Assembly: GCF_006345805.1 (NCBI RefSeq)
Contig: NC_043018.1
Location: 13,268,001-13,332,000 of the forward strand
Direction of reading: 5' to 3'
DNA from: Octopus sinensis
Lineage: Eukaryota
DNA length: 64,000 nt
Within the stretch, counting starts at the first letter, position 1. Each line of letters begins with the position of its first letter. Both the position numbers and the translations under genes were made by a program. The notes under the pieces were generated by a model. That model was not told where the DNA came from and searched no databases. It saw nothing but the letters and a program-made list of their open reading frames with translations. Below are positions 42,721-56,200 of the stretch, one piece after another.

Positions 42721-44405
42721 AATATGCTCACATACACATGTATTTATGTGTGTTTTCTGGTGCCTCTTTGAACTGTAAAACACGACAATAGTTCTTTAAT
42801 AACAAGATCAGTCGTTTTTGTACCAATTAATTAAACCTCATTCATTGGTACCTAATTGTTTTATGTGTTATCATTCATACATGTGACATGTTCACATTAA
42901 TTAGCTAGAAAACCTGAGTCTCTTGTTAATGAATTTTTTCTCCATATACTAATAATGTTGTGTCTAATATATCTAAATTTTAATTGTTTAATAATGTGAA
43001 TGTTCTCTAATTATGCAATGTCAGTTAATTACATTCATGCATGAGTTATTGGTTGGACTTATTTTAAATTTTGCTTTTGTTTTTTTATTTTCCTAAACTT
43101 CCTGTCTTGTGTTCTTTACAATATAATTTTGACTGACTTATGAAAGGAAATGATGATTATTATTATTATTATTACTTGTATTACTACTGTGAAGTTTTGT
43201 CATTTAGCTGTTGTTATAGGTATATTGGCAGAATTGTTATCATGCTGGACAAAATCCATTTCACCTGTCTTGATGTTCTGAGTTCAGATTCCACCAAGAT
43301 TGACTTTACCTTTCCATTATTTCAAGGTTGATGTAATGAGCAGTAGTTGAGCTCTACCAATTAATGTAATTGACCAGCCCCCATCCTGAATTGCAGACCC
43401 TTCGGCCTATAGTAGAAAGGGCTATTATTATTATTATTATTTTTATGTTAGTGGAGCATCAGAATTAGCAGAACATTGGACCACATAACTTGTGTCATTT
43501 AATTATATTTGTATTCCGAGTTCAAATTCCACCAAGGTCAGCTCTGCCTTTCATTAATTCCAAGGGCCTATAAGATAAAGTGTCAATCAAGTAATGGATG
43601 CAGTTTAATCAGTTAACATCTCTCCCTCCTCTATTGGTGGAAATACATGGCTTAGTGGTTGGGGGTGTTGGACACGTGATCATAAGATTGTGGTTTCAAT
43701 TCCTTGACTTTGCGAGGTGTTGTGTTCTTGAGCAAGACACTTCATTTCACGTTGTCCCAGTCTACTCAGCTGGCAAAAATGAGTCATCCTGCGACAGACT
43801 GATGTCCTGTTTGGATGGGGAATATATGTGCCATGGAAACCGGAAAACTGGCCCTAAGAGTTGGGAAAGAACTTTACTTTTTACCTCCAATTAGCATTCA
43901 CAAGCCTTGCATGTGTTATAAATTATATGAAGACAGAGAATTGGTGAAATCACAAGAGCTTTCTACAAAAATGCCTTGAAGCCTTTGTTCTTGCTCTTTA
44001 TGTTCTGTGTTCAAATTCTGCCAAGGTTTTTCTGCCATTTATCCCCCCCCCCCTTGGGAGAATAGGATGCGGTGGTGATAAAAAAAAAAATGTACCAGTC
44101 TCAAACAGTCCTTGACTCCCTGATTTTATGTCTATACAAGACTCTAAAACCAGGGAGGGGTTACTAAAAGGAAAATAATTTCTTGTATAGAAACTATTGT
44201 CCTTTCAGTAAGTTTCCTTTCTCTTTGTTGTTGTTGTTGTTATTTCACTCTTTCACCTCATTACTCTTTCCCTCTCCCCTTCCCAGGTTAACTCAACCCA
44301 TTAATTTTGATTTGATTCTTTGGTTACTCAGATCTTTCTTTCTTTCTTTTCTTTTGTAAGAGAAATATGTGATTTATGTTGATTCTCTGATATTTGGGTT
44401 ACATG

Positions 44406-44453
<48 letters not shown>

Positions 44454-47400
44454 CGTGTGTGTGTGTGTGTGTGTGCGTGTGTGTGCGTGTGTGTGTTTGT
44501 GTGTGTGTGTTGTGTGTGTGTGTGTGTGTACTGAATTTACAGCACTTTAGAAACATGCCTTGTGCCATTTGTTTTGGTTCCATGCATTTTGAGTTCAAAT
44601 ATGAGGTTAATATGACTTGAATGACTTTAATAAAGTAAAGTACTAGTCTGTATACACTGGTGAATATGCACACACACACGCTGGGGTTAATGTAATCCAC
44701 TAATCGCTTCCTCCAAAATGTCAGGCCTTGTGCCTTTAGTAGAAAGGATTCTTCTTATTATTTCTCTGTATCACAAGTTTTGTCGGAGCTCCTAGAATCT
44801 TGCAAACGTAGCGGGCTTACTACCTGCAGCCTCTGGTACTATACAATTCCTTCTTTTCACCTACCTAATGCTTTCCTGATTATTCTGGCCATGCCAAGGA
44901 GGCAAACCTTTTTTAACAATTCTACTGGGCACTCTATTCCAATTCCCTTTATATTCCTCTTGATGCCTTCCGATATTGTCCTCAACGACCCAACATTAAT
45001 TGGCATTATCTTCACCTTCTTCATTTTCCATAGCCAGGCTATTTCATGCTTAAGAGGGTTGTATTTATCTATCTTTCTGCCTTTCTTCTTGACTATCCAT
45101 GGGTCAAAGGAGTGTGCAACATCAACTATATGGCACATGTGGTGCGTCTTGTTGACCACCACCAGGTCCAGTCTGTTATGCCCTAGCACCTGATCTATTT
45201 GGATTGGGAAAACCCAGAGGATTTTACTAGTCTCCGACTCCGCCACTCTGTGGTTTGTGTTCATACCACATCTCGCCTCTCTCCCGCCCCCACTTTTCAC
45301 ACAGTTTCCAATGTAGCACTTTGGCTACCTGGTCGTGTCGCCACAACTTGTAATGGTTTTGGGAAAGTCTAGGGCATTCGTTTGTGATATGGGCAATAGT
45401 TTCATCCTCTCTATAACAGATGCAGCACAGCGGAAACACTTGCTCATTCCAAAGGTTGACTCTCCAGTTTGTGCCAGTATAGTGCTCTTGGTCTCTTTTA
45501 TTTAGTTTTCCTTTCATCAGCCAATCCCACCTATTTTTTCCAGTTACTTTTGTTGTGTCTACATGGAATTGATTCTGTAGTCTCTTCCTGCGTAATTCTT
45601 CTTCATGCTCTTTTTGTATTTCTTCCGTTGATTTTTCCTTTTTTTGCTACTCTCAATAATCCCTCGTTCCTAGCTGTGACTAACAAGGTTTCCTTACTTT
45701 CGGCTACCTATCTCATTAAGCTCTCGAGATTGATACACATGCAGTCTTCCCTACTTATCAGTCCTCTTCCTCCATTTGCTCTCTTCATGTATAAGCAATC
45801 AGTGTCTGCGCGTGAATGATGAGCACCATGCATCGTTAGGAGTTTTCCTGACTTCCTGTCCATCTCCTTTAGCTCCTCCTCCTCTGTCCACTTCAGGATT
45901 CCAGTGTGATTCTGAACTTCTGTGACTGTGCAAGAGTTTATTGCCGAAATTATGTTTCTGGCATTCAGCTTTGAAGCCAGTATTTCTCTCGTTCACCTCA
46001 GCTTCTCTCTTTTCGTCTTTTCCTTCATGTCATTGTCTTTGATTCCATCTGCCTCAAGTATTCCCAAGTATTCCCAACTGGATTGAGGTTGAATTGCCTC
46101 CATCATTTCACCACTTGGCAACCCTTTGCATTCTCTCCGGACAAGCTCTCCTTGTCTCATTGCCATCGTAGCACAATTTGAGAGCCCAAACTCCCAACTT
46201 AATATCATTGGAGAAAATCCGCACAGACTGGACTAGGCTGTCCAACTATTATTATTATTATTGTTATTATTATTATTATAATAATTATTGTTATTATTAT
46301 TATTATTACTATTATTATTATTATTGTTATTATTATTATCATTATAATAATTATTATTATTATAGAATCGTTGTTCAAAGCAAGCAGTATCAAGGCTGAC
46401 AAGGAGTATGAGTTTGTACCCATCAACCTCCACTTACAGAGAATGCAACTAATTGATGAGAATACCAATACAAGTGAGATATATCTTTTTGTCTCTGTGT
46501 CCTAAACTTAACTGCAAATCTTACATTAATCTTATCTCAGATTATATTCCTGACACCAGCTCTCTCTCTCTAATCTTATTCCTAACTCTATCACTAACAC
46601 ACCAGCCACTTCCTCCATCCCGATTACAATTCACAATCATGGCCTCTGCCCCTATTACAAACTCCATCCATAACTCTGTTTCTATTGCAAGCCCTAACCT
46701 TCATCTCTATCCTAATCACATACACCAGTCATTTTCTCAAACCCTGACTATGACCTCTGCCCCTATTACAAACCTTAACCTATCTCAATTACTGACTCGA
46801 ATCCTAACTTTAATGTGGACCCTAACTAACAGACAGTCTTAATGTTAATCTTATCACCAACTCTGACAAGGACTTCAATTCTATCCCTAGTTCTGACTCC
46901 TAACCCTAACTCCACAACTCCATTCGAAGCTTGTTACAATATTATTCCTCATCATAACCTTGACCAAAACCCTAACCTTGACTATAATCCTAACCATGAT
47001 CATATCCCTAATCTTCATCATAGCCCCAACCTTGACTTTGATCTTAACTCCAACACTGACCCACCTAACTTTAATCTTTACTATTCTTTTCTTCTTCCAG
47101 CTTGTTGCTATGACTGCATCACTCATGGTTCTCTAGCAGCTTTCTCCCAGAAATTCAAATCTGGTGGACTTCTACGTATTCTTGAGGATCTACGAGAGAC
47201 GCGTGCCCCAGAGGGTTGCCATGGCAAGCAGTCGAAACTCGACAGAGCCTGCCATTTGCTGAACTGCTTGGCATCTCTGAAACATGCTGTACACTTCCGG
47301 TGTTCGCGGCTGTGCCGTGTTGCAATGCAAGGAACTGCAGCGGAGCTGAAAGAAGCAATGGAACAACTAAATCTCCAGGTGAACATTGTCTTCGAGTTTT

Positions 47401-50400
47401 TCTTTTCAATTTATTTTGTAGTTTTCACAAGCTGTGGTTATTATTTGAGTTGAGAAGGGCATCTGTTATTTGATCGGTTATTTTGTTGAGTATGTGGTGG
47501 ATGATTGTAGCATCTGTTGTTGGTGTGTTGAGATTCTTGTGGTTGGTTTTGATAATTATAACTGGACAGTACGTTTTGTGGTCAGTTTCGACAAATTATC
47601 ATGTCTTCCTCCTGTGTTTGATACATGTTTACACCATTTACTCCTTACTTTATGTGTTGAAACATGTGAGGCTACATGGCCTAGAGGTTAGGGTGTTACA
47701 CTCAAAATCCTAAGATCATCATCATCATCATTTAACGTCCGCTTTCCATGCTAGCATGGGTTGGACGATTTGACTGAGGACTGGTGAACGAGATGGCTGC
47801 ACCAGGCTCCAATCTTGATCTGGCAGAGTTTCTACAGCTGGATGCCCTTCCTAATGCCAACCACTCCGAGAGTGTAGTGGGTGCTTTTAAAGTGCCACCG
47901 GCATGAGGGCCAGTCAGGCGGCACTGGCAATGGCCACACTCAAATGGTATTTTTTACGTGTCACCTGCACAGGAGCCAGTCCAGCAGCACTGGCAACAAC
48001 CTCGCTCGAATGTTTTTCATGTGCCACCGGTACAAGTGCCAGTAAGGCGACGCTGGTAACGATCACGTTTGAATGGAAATGACATGCTGTACTGCTTGGC
48101 ATTTGCACTGGAAGCTCCAATATCGACATTTCGGAGTGTTTAGGTGTCAGTCTGAGGACATGTACCGAGAGTGATAAAAATCAAAACATCCTGTCAACAT
48201 CATGGTGTTTGGAGTGATCACTAGTGATGGCTACCTTATGCCTCCAACAGGACTTTGTACCATGCCACACAGGAGAACCTAGTCATGGCTGTCAAACATT
48301 TTCTACAACCACATCACCCTTAACACCTGGCCACCTAGCTCCCCAGACTGCAACCCTCTTGATTATTATGTGTGGGACGCAGTTGAGCGAGAGACCAACA
48401 AAACTCCTTGTAACACCAAAGATGAACTGAAGGCAAGGATTATGGCAGCATTCACCAACTTAAACAAGGAGACCATCCAGAAGAGTTGCAGGAGGTTCTG
48501 AAATCGTCTGGAAGCCGTGGCTGAAGCTAATAGCGATTTTATTGAATAAACTTACTCTTTAGTATTTCAAGATATTTTAATGTAATTTTGGTAAATATAT
48601 CTGTTAAAACGAGATGTCAGTGTTATTTTCACTTTTGCATAATTTAGATGACAGTTTATTCACCTCACTTTGTAGTTTTTGTAGGTAAACACTGATCCTA
48701 TTCTGCTAAAATCTGACTTTCAGTTTCTGCTTTTAGTCAAGAGCTTTTGAGCCATTGCTAGGTTTCACTGTTGAGTCTTTCAGAAACAATCGGTTTTGCC
48801 TCCAATTTTATTCATTCATATATTTTGGCAAAACATTTTGATTTCGACTTTTTCCCCTCCTTTTCTCCTGTTTATTTTTATTTTATTTATGCGCCCCTTT
48901 CAAGCCTAGCCAGGCTCACGGGCCTGGTTTCCATGGTGTATGTGTCCCCCCCAGCTGGATGGGATGCCAGTCCATCGCAGCATTATTCAAGAAACAGGAA
49001 GAGAGAGTGAGAGAAAGTTGGGGCGAAAGAGTACAACAGGGGTCGCCACCACCCCCTGCCAGAGCCTCATGGATCTTTAGGTGTTTTCACTCAATAAACA
49101 CACACAACACCCAGTCTGGGAATCGAAACTGCAATCCTCCGACCACGAGTCCACTGGGCCATTGCGCCTCCTTTCTCCTGTTTAACCCTTCTCCTAATCT
49201 TTTTCTCGGTTTCTGATTTGTATTTTTGTGCACCTCTCGGTTTCCTTGCATTTAGAGTGTTTTTGAGAATCTTCCTAGTGCCACCATTGTTACGTAGTGG
49301 TTCCAAGGTTATTGTTTAAACTCCCTTATCTTAGGCATCCCAGATATAACTGTCCCATCTCTTTGGGGTATGGTTCAACTACGTTATCTGACGTCTTCTC
49401 TCCTTCCTTACTCTTTTGATACCAACAAACCTGACTCTGCCTCTGGTTCTAAAATACAAACTTCCTATTTTAATCCTAGTATTCAGATTACTCTGTCAAA
49501 TTTATTGCTTATTTATTCGTATTGCCTTCATTTAATAATCTTCATTATTTCATATCTTTGAGATTTCAATGATGTGATTGTTTTTAATGTCGAATGACAT
49601 TGCAGGGTGGTGTGAGAGGCTGGATCTGGCTGGTTTGAACATAAAACAGGTAGAATACTATGGCCAGGGATTAAGCAGTAAATCAAAGCCTTCGATCAAA
49701 ACTTCATGTCGATTTCTGTTCCAAACATCAGACAAAATTATTTGATTCAATTCCCTATTATTTCCAAAATTAATTGAAACAACAGCAGCGTATTTAAAAG
49801 AAATCCAATAGCAAAAGAATTCAATACATTTCTGGTGAGACATGTCCTATCTATATTTTCTGTAGGATAATGGCTTTGGAACACTCTGTTTATTTCTTTT
49901 TTTTTTTTCTTTTGCTGAGCTCTTTGATTCATGATGCAGAACTTACTTGTAATTGCAGGAGTTTGTGTATTTTTAATTACTTACTTATTTCTAGCTTTGA
50001 ATTATCTCTTTTTCATTTTCTCTTAATCATGTCTAATATATCTTTACATTGAAAAGCTCAACATTTCATTCACTCAGAACTGCTATAAACTGTTATTGTT
50101 GTTGTTGCTTTCAATTTATTCCTCAAAACTCACAGGTCAAAGAACTTGTCAAATTGTGCGACAATCCAATATTCAATGAGGCATCGGCACAGCACATGCG
50201 AGCAAGGACGGAGGCATCAAACGCTGCAATGGCTCTGCAGATGTCTTCACAGAACCAGCTCTCTGCCACAGCAACATCATCCAATCTTCTGCAAGCAGAA
50301 CCAACAGCAGCATCCAATTCTGACGATGCCAAGGGAACGGATAGTAATAACTGGCGTTGGACTGGCAGTAATTTTGTGCGGAGTCCAACAATGGAACCGT

Positions 50401-53190
50401 GGGTATGTCTTTCAGTATTTTTAGTTTTAACCCCCCTCTTTGTTGTTGTTTACCCCCTGGTCAGTTTTGATAAAATGGATGACATATGATCAAAGGCATT
50501 CCAGCCATGACCTTCCACTATAGCCTCAGGCTGACCAAAACCTTGTGAATGGCTTTGGTAGACAAGAACTGAAAGAAGCATGTTGTGTGTGTGGTGTGTG
50601 TGTGTGTGTGTGTGTGTTCCTAACCACTGCTCCTTGGTAACTAGTGTTTGTATATCTATATCCTATATCTTAGTGGTTCAACTAAAGAGGTTGATATCAT
50701 AAGTGCTAAGCTTAAAGAGACAAAAAATAAGTACTAAGGTTGATTTGTTCTTGAAGGCAGTGCTCCAGCATCACTATGGTCGAATGACTGAAATAAGTAA
50801 AAGACACACACACCGTATATAATTTTTTTTATTATGTGAGTGTCTCTGTCGGAAAAAAATATTTCTATGATCTCCTGACCCCTCTTTTTCCATCTCATTA
50901 TGTTTCTTTGTTTCATTTCTGACTTTCTCTTTCTCTTATCTCCCTTGTCTATTTATCTGTGGTTGTTTTTTTGTTTTTTTATTACCCCAGGACATGTCTT
51001 GTGTGAACACGGAGGCTGCCACAATGTGTCTGATGTCGCTTGTGGACGATTTGATCCAGAATAAGAACAACCCCATGGACATACCGAAATGGCTGAGTGA
51101 AATCAGCCCACGGGTGATTGAACTTCAGAAATTTATTGAGATACTTTTCAAACGAGCCAATCTGTCTCTAACATTCTTACTACTGCTGGTAAGTATATTT
51201 GCACATGAGATATGGCTTAGGCCGGGGAGTTAGGGGTTAGAATTACCATTGTACAAGGCGGCAAGCTGGAAGAAACATTAGCATGCCAGGCGAAATGCTT
51301 AGCGGTATTTTGTCTGCTGCTACGTTCTGAGTTCAAATTCTGCCGAGGTTGACTGGGGTTGATAAATTAAGTACCAGTTATGCACTGGGATCGATATAAT
51401 CGACTTAATCCATTTATCTGTCCTTGTTTGTCCCCTCTGTGTGTAGCCCCTTGTGGGCAGTAAAACACAAAACAAAAAAAATTACCATTGTATGTATTTA
51501 TGTGTGTGTGTCTGTCTGTGTATTAATGTGTGTATAGATGTGTATGTGCATTTGTGTGTGTGTATATATATTACATAGTGAAGGCGCATGGCTCATGGGG
51601 TTAGAGCATTGAGCTTTCGATTGTGAGGTTGTGAGCTCGAATCCCGGACCAGGCTGCGTATTGTGTTCTTGAGCAAGACACTTTATTCCACGTTGCTCCA
51701 GTTCATTCAACCGTAGAAATGAGTTGCAATGTCACAGGTGCCAAGCTGTATCGGCCCCTTTGCCTTTCCCTTGGATAACACTGGTGGCATGGAGAGGGGA
51801 GGCTGGTATGCATGGGCGACTGCTGGTCTTCCATAAACAACCTTGCCCGGACTTGTGCCTGGGAGGGTAACTTTCTAGGTTCAATCCCACAGTCAGTCAT
51901 GACCGAAGGGGGTCTCAATATATATTACATAACTTGGTATAAGAAGAGACGAAAATTTAGAGAATTATTTTATATTTATGATTTACATCAACATAATAAA
52001 TACATCAACACAAAGAACATATCTATATATTACTAGCAGTACCGCCTGGCATTGCTCGGGTTTGTTTCGACCCTTTAGAATTGGAATTTTTGAAAAGTAA
52101 AGATTTTGCATTATGTAGCTTGTTATTCTCTTTAAGTGAACATTTTTATGGTTGAAATACACCGAAAAATGGCGACACGGCAGTCAAAAAATAGGGATTT
52201 TCATGGAAAAAAAAAGCACCTTTTTGATGTAAATACTTTTTGGTCTTAACATGGTCTGATTTGAATTTTTGACTGATAGAATAAGTACTAGGTTTACAAA
52301 GAATAAGTCCTGGGGTCGATTTGTTCGACTAAAAGTGGTGCTCCAGCATGGCCACAGTCAAATGATTGAAACAAGTAAAAGGTCAAAAATAAAAGGCCAT
52401 TCAGTAAGCTACCACATACTTTCTGTTTTCCTGATTCCTGTGACAAGGTTTTAGTGACACTTTATACCTGCTTTCTTATTCATAGGGAAGTCTCAGAAGG
52501 TTACCTCTGCCTCCTTAAGGCTTACTCACTCTCCATGGGAATTGTCAGTCACATGTTATCCCTGCCTTCTTGGGTCCCACTTCAACTATTGGAGGAAAGC
52601 TTTATCCATATCTCCTTGACTTTCATTTCAATTATGAGTGGGGGATCCTTGGAAACCTACCCTATTTTCCTGGGTCTGAGAGTGCAGAGAGAATAAAAAC
52701 TGATTTCTAGCAAAGACACAAAGTCAGAATGGTCTGATGGTGGTGGCCAAGGGTGGGTGCGGCAGCAGCAATCGTTATTGTAGCTGTTTAAATTAGCTTC
52801 ATTACTTACTTGATTGCTGCTTATTTTCTCAACCCAGAAAATCATTGACAGAATGAAAAGTCAATTTAAGTGGGTTTTCCATTCAGAATGTAATTAAATA
52901 TTCTCATATAGTTTGTCTACTGCTCCACTGATTATGTTCCACTCACATCAGTACTACAATTGGCATACCACACTCACACACGCAACATACCAACACAATA
53001 TAGCACAACTACAGACTTACTTCACACCATACAATACACCAACATCATGTGCGTGCGTGTACAAACCATATGGTTCTGGGTTCAGTCCCACTGCGTGTCA
53101 CCTTGGGCAAGTGTCTTCTAGTATAGCCTCGGGCCGACCAAAGCCTTGTGAGTGAATTTGGTAGACGGAAACTGAAAGAAGCCCGTCGTA

Positions 53191-53238
<48 letters not shown>

Positions 53239-56200
53239 ATATGTATGTATGTGTGTGTGTGTGTGTGTATGTTTCATGTGTCTGTCCCCCCAACATCGCT
53301 TGACAACTGATGCTGGTGTGTTTACGTCTTCGTAACTTAACAGTTCGGCAAAAGAGACCGATACAATAAGTACTAGGCTTACAAAGAATAAGTCCTGGGG
53401 TCGATTTGCTCGACTAAAGGCGGTGCTCCATCATGGCCACAGTCAAATGACTGAAACTAGTAAAAGAGTAAATATAGCATTCCTACCAACTGTGTTGATC
53501 ATATTACCCTGAATAGGTGTAGAATTGTGGGGACTCTACTCATTTGGCTTGTGAAGTAGAAAGAAACCCCACTAGTGTTGGTGCCGTGATAAAATGTACC
53601 CAATCCACATTGTGTAAAGTGGTTGGTGTTAGGAAGGACATCCAGCTGTAGAAACCATGGCCCAGAATAGAACGTACAAAGTGAGACCTTGTCCTTCAGC
53701 CCATTTAGGAGGGTGGCAACTTCAATTAAGAACTGATTCTGATTGTCATGACTCACCTGACCCATGGTGGCATAGAAACCACATAAAACGGTGGTGATGA
53801 CAACAGTGATGATGATGATGATGATGATTACTTTATGTAAACTCTTCTTTTCTTTTTCTCTATCATGAGAAAGTACACAAACTAACAATGAGAGCAAATG
53901 GTTTATATAATAAACATGGCAATTAGACTAACCACTTCACAGATTACAACAGCAACAACAAGACTGTGTTCACGGCTGAGAGACTTGGAGCTGTACTGGT
54001 TGGAAAAGGGAGATATTTGCATGATCTACTACCACCACCACCTCCTCCTTCTTCTTATAATAATAATAACAACATGATAGGTTTCAGGTGGGTAGGCAAA
54101 TGGAACATTCCTGCCCAGATATTGTTGCACTCAATAAAGAGGAAAGAATATGCTGTTTAATCCATTGTTAGTGGCCTGTTTTGATACTAGAGTGATTGAT
54201 AGACAAGAGAACAGGAGAAAAAAAATGCCAGGATCTAAAGTAAGGGCTACAGAGAATTTGGAATTGGTGTGGAGTTGATATTAATTGCACTTGTGAGGGT
54301 GGCAGAATGGTTAGCAGACTGGACAGAAGGCTTGGCAGCATTTCATCTGTTTTTATGTTGTGAGTTCAAATTCTATCATGGTTGACTTAGCCTTTTATTC
54401 TATCAGGGTAGATCAAATAAGTACCAGTTGAGCACTGGGGTCAAAGTAGTCGACTAGCCCCCTTCCCTGAAATTACTGGCCTTGTGGCAAAATTTGAAAT
54501 CGATATTAGTCCCACTTGTAATAGGAGTGTTGGGGACAGTGGCAAGGAGTTTGAAATTTTTATTCGAAGATGTTGATATGGTGGTAAACCCCTTGATGCT
54601 GCAGAGAACCTGTTTGTTTGCCACAGCAAGGTGCTCAATAACTGAGGTTGTGGGGTGCAGCCTGGTATCTTTCAGTCCAGTCCAGTAACGAAATGCTTAA
54701 TCAATGACGATTGCTGATGTAATAATAACGAGCACCAAATAGAAGACTTTGTGGTAGGCTGTTAGACATCATCGTCCTCATTTAACGTCTGTTTTCCATG
54801 CTGGCATGGGTTAGATGGTTCGACAGGAGCTGACCAGCCGAAGAGCCACCTGGGCTCCATGTCTGTTTTGGTAGGGTTTCTATGACTGGATGCCCTTCCT
54901 AATGCCAACCACATTACAGAGTGGCACTGGGTGCTTTTTATTGGCACCAGCACCCACGAGCCTACAAGATTAGGAATACTCAGCCGAAGAGGGATGCAGG
55001 AGACCTGCCTGTAGGCAAGAACAGCCATGATTTTACTTAGTTTGGTATCATCTAAATTCAGTACTAGACTGGTACTGTATTTTGTTGTCTCTGGGAGGGG
55101 AAGAAAGGTGAAATTGATCTCAATGGATTTGAACTGGAATGTAAAGAGCTGGAGGCATTTTGTCCACCATTCTAATGAATCTGCCAGGCTACCATCTGGC
55201 AATAATAATTACTCTTTTACTTGTTTCAGTCATTTGACTGTGGCCATGCTGGAGCACTGCCTTTAGTCAAGCAAATCGACCCCAGGACTTATTCTTTGTA
55301 AGCCTAGTACTTATTCTATTGGTCTATTATGCTGAACGACTAAGTTATGGGGACGTCAACACACCAGCATCAGTTGTCAAGTGATGTTGGGGGAACAAAC
55401 ACAGACACAAACACATATGTGTGTGTGTGTATATAAATATATATACACACACATACATATGTGTGTGTATATATATAAATATATATACACACACACATAT
55501 ATATATATATGATGGGCTTCTTTCAGTTTCCACATGCCAAATCCACTCACAAGGCTTTGGTCAGTCTGAGGCTATAGTAGAAGACACTTGCCCAAGGTGC
55601 CACGCAGTGGGACTGAACCGAGAACCATGTGGTTGGTAAGCAAGCTACTTACCACACAGCCATCCCTGCACCTATTATTTTATAATGTTTACGCCCCCTC
55701 CCCCCATTGGTTTTCTATATCAAAACAAATGAAAAAAATTCCTCTTCATGATTATGGTTTTCAACCCATCTCGAATTATGGCTCTCCAGCGTATTGAAGG
55801 GCTACTGTTCAAAAACTCAAAAAGAACCAACAGAAAATAACAATAAACTTTGTAAATGCATGGAAATACCAGGGTCTTTGAAGGACCCTGACTATGATAT
55901 GTAACTGTTGGATTTTAATTAAAACTATATGAGAGACAAGTTCATATCCAGAGCTTTCAAATGATACATAATTTTCTGTAGACAAAAATTATTTTCACAT
56001 GAAAATGATGAAGCTGTGTGTTTTTGCATGTTCAGACTGTGCTCTCGTCTTCAGCGTACGGCACTCTATAGTGATGCCTAATGTAGGTATCATAGCACTT
56101 TATCACCATGCCCATCCATCCTTAACCTCTCCCCTACCACTTCACTTTAAGCTTATTCTTGGTAGCCTAGTACTTATTCTGTTGGTTTCTTCTGCCAGCC

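Noticed and set aside
42805-42835. FVPIN-like codons suggesting the missing conserved exon
   Set aside because: In-frame stops on both sides and no acceptor; the true exon is at 46366-46473.
46842-47453. 203-aa ORF, the longest in the track
   Set aside because: Only 47101-47378 is coding (exon 11); the rest is read-through into low-complexity intron sequence.
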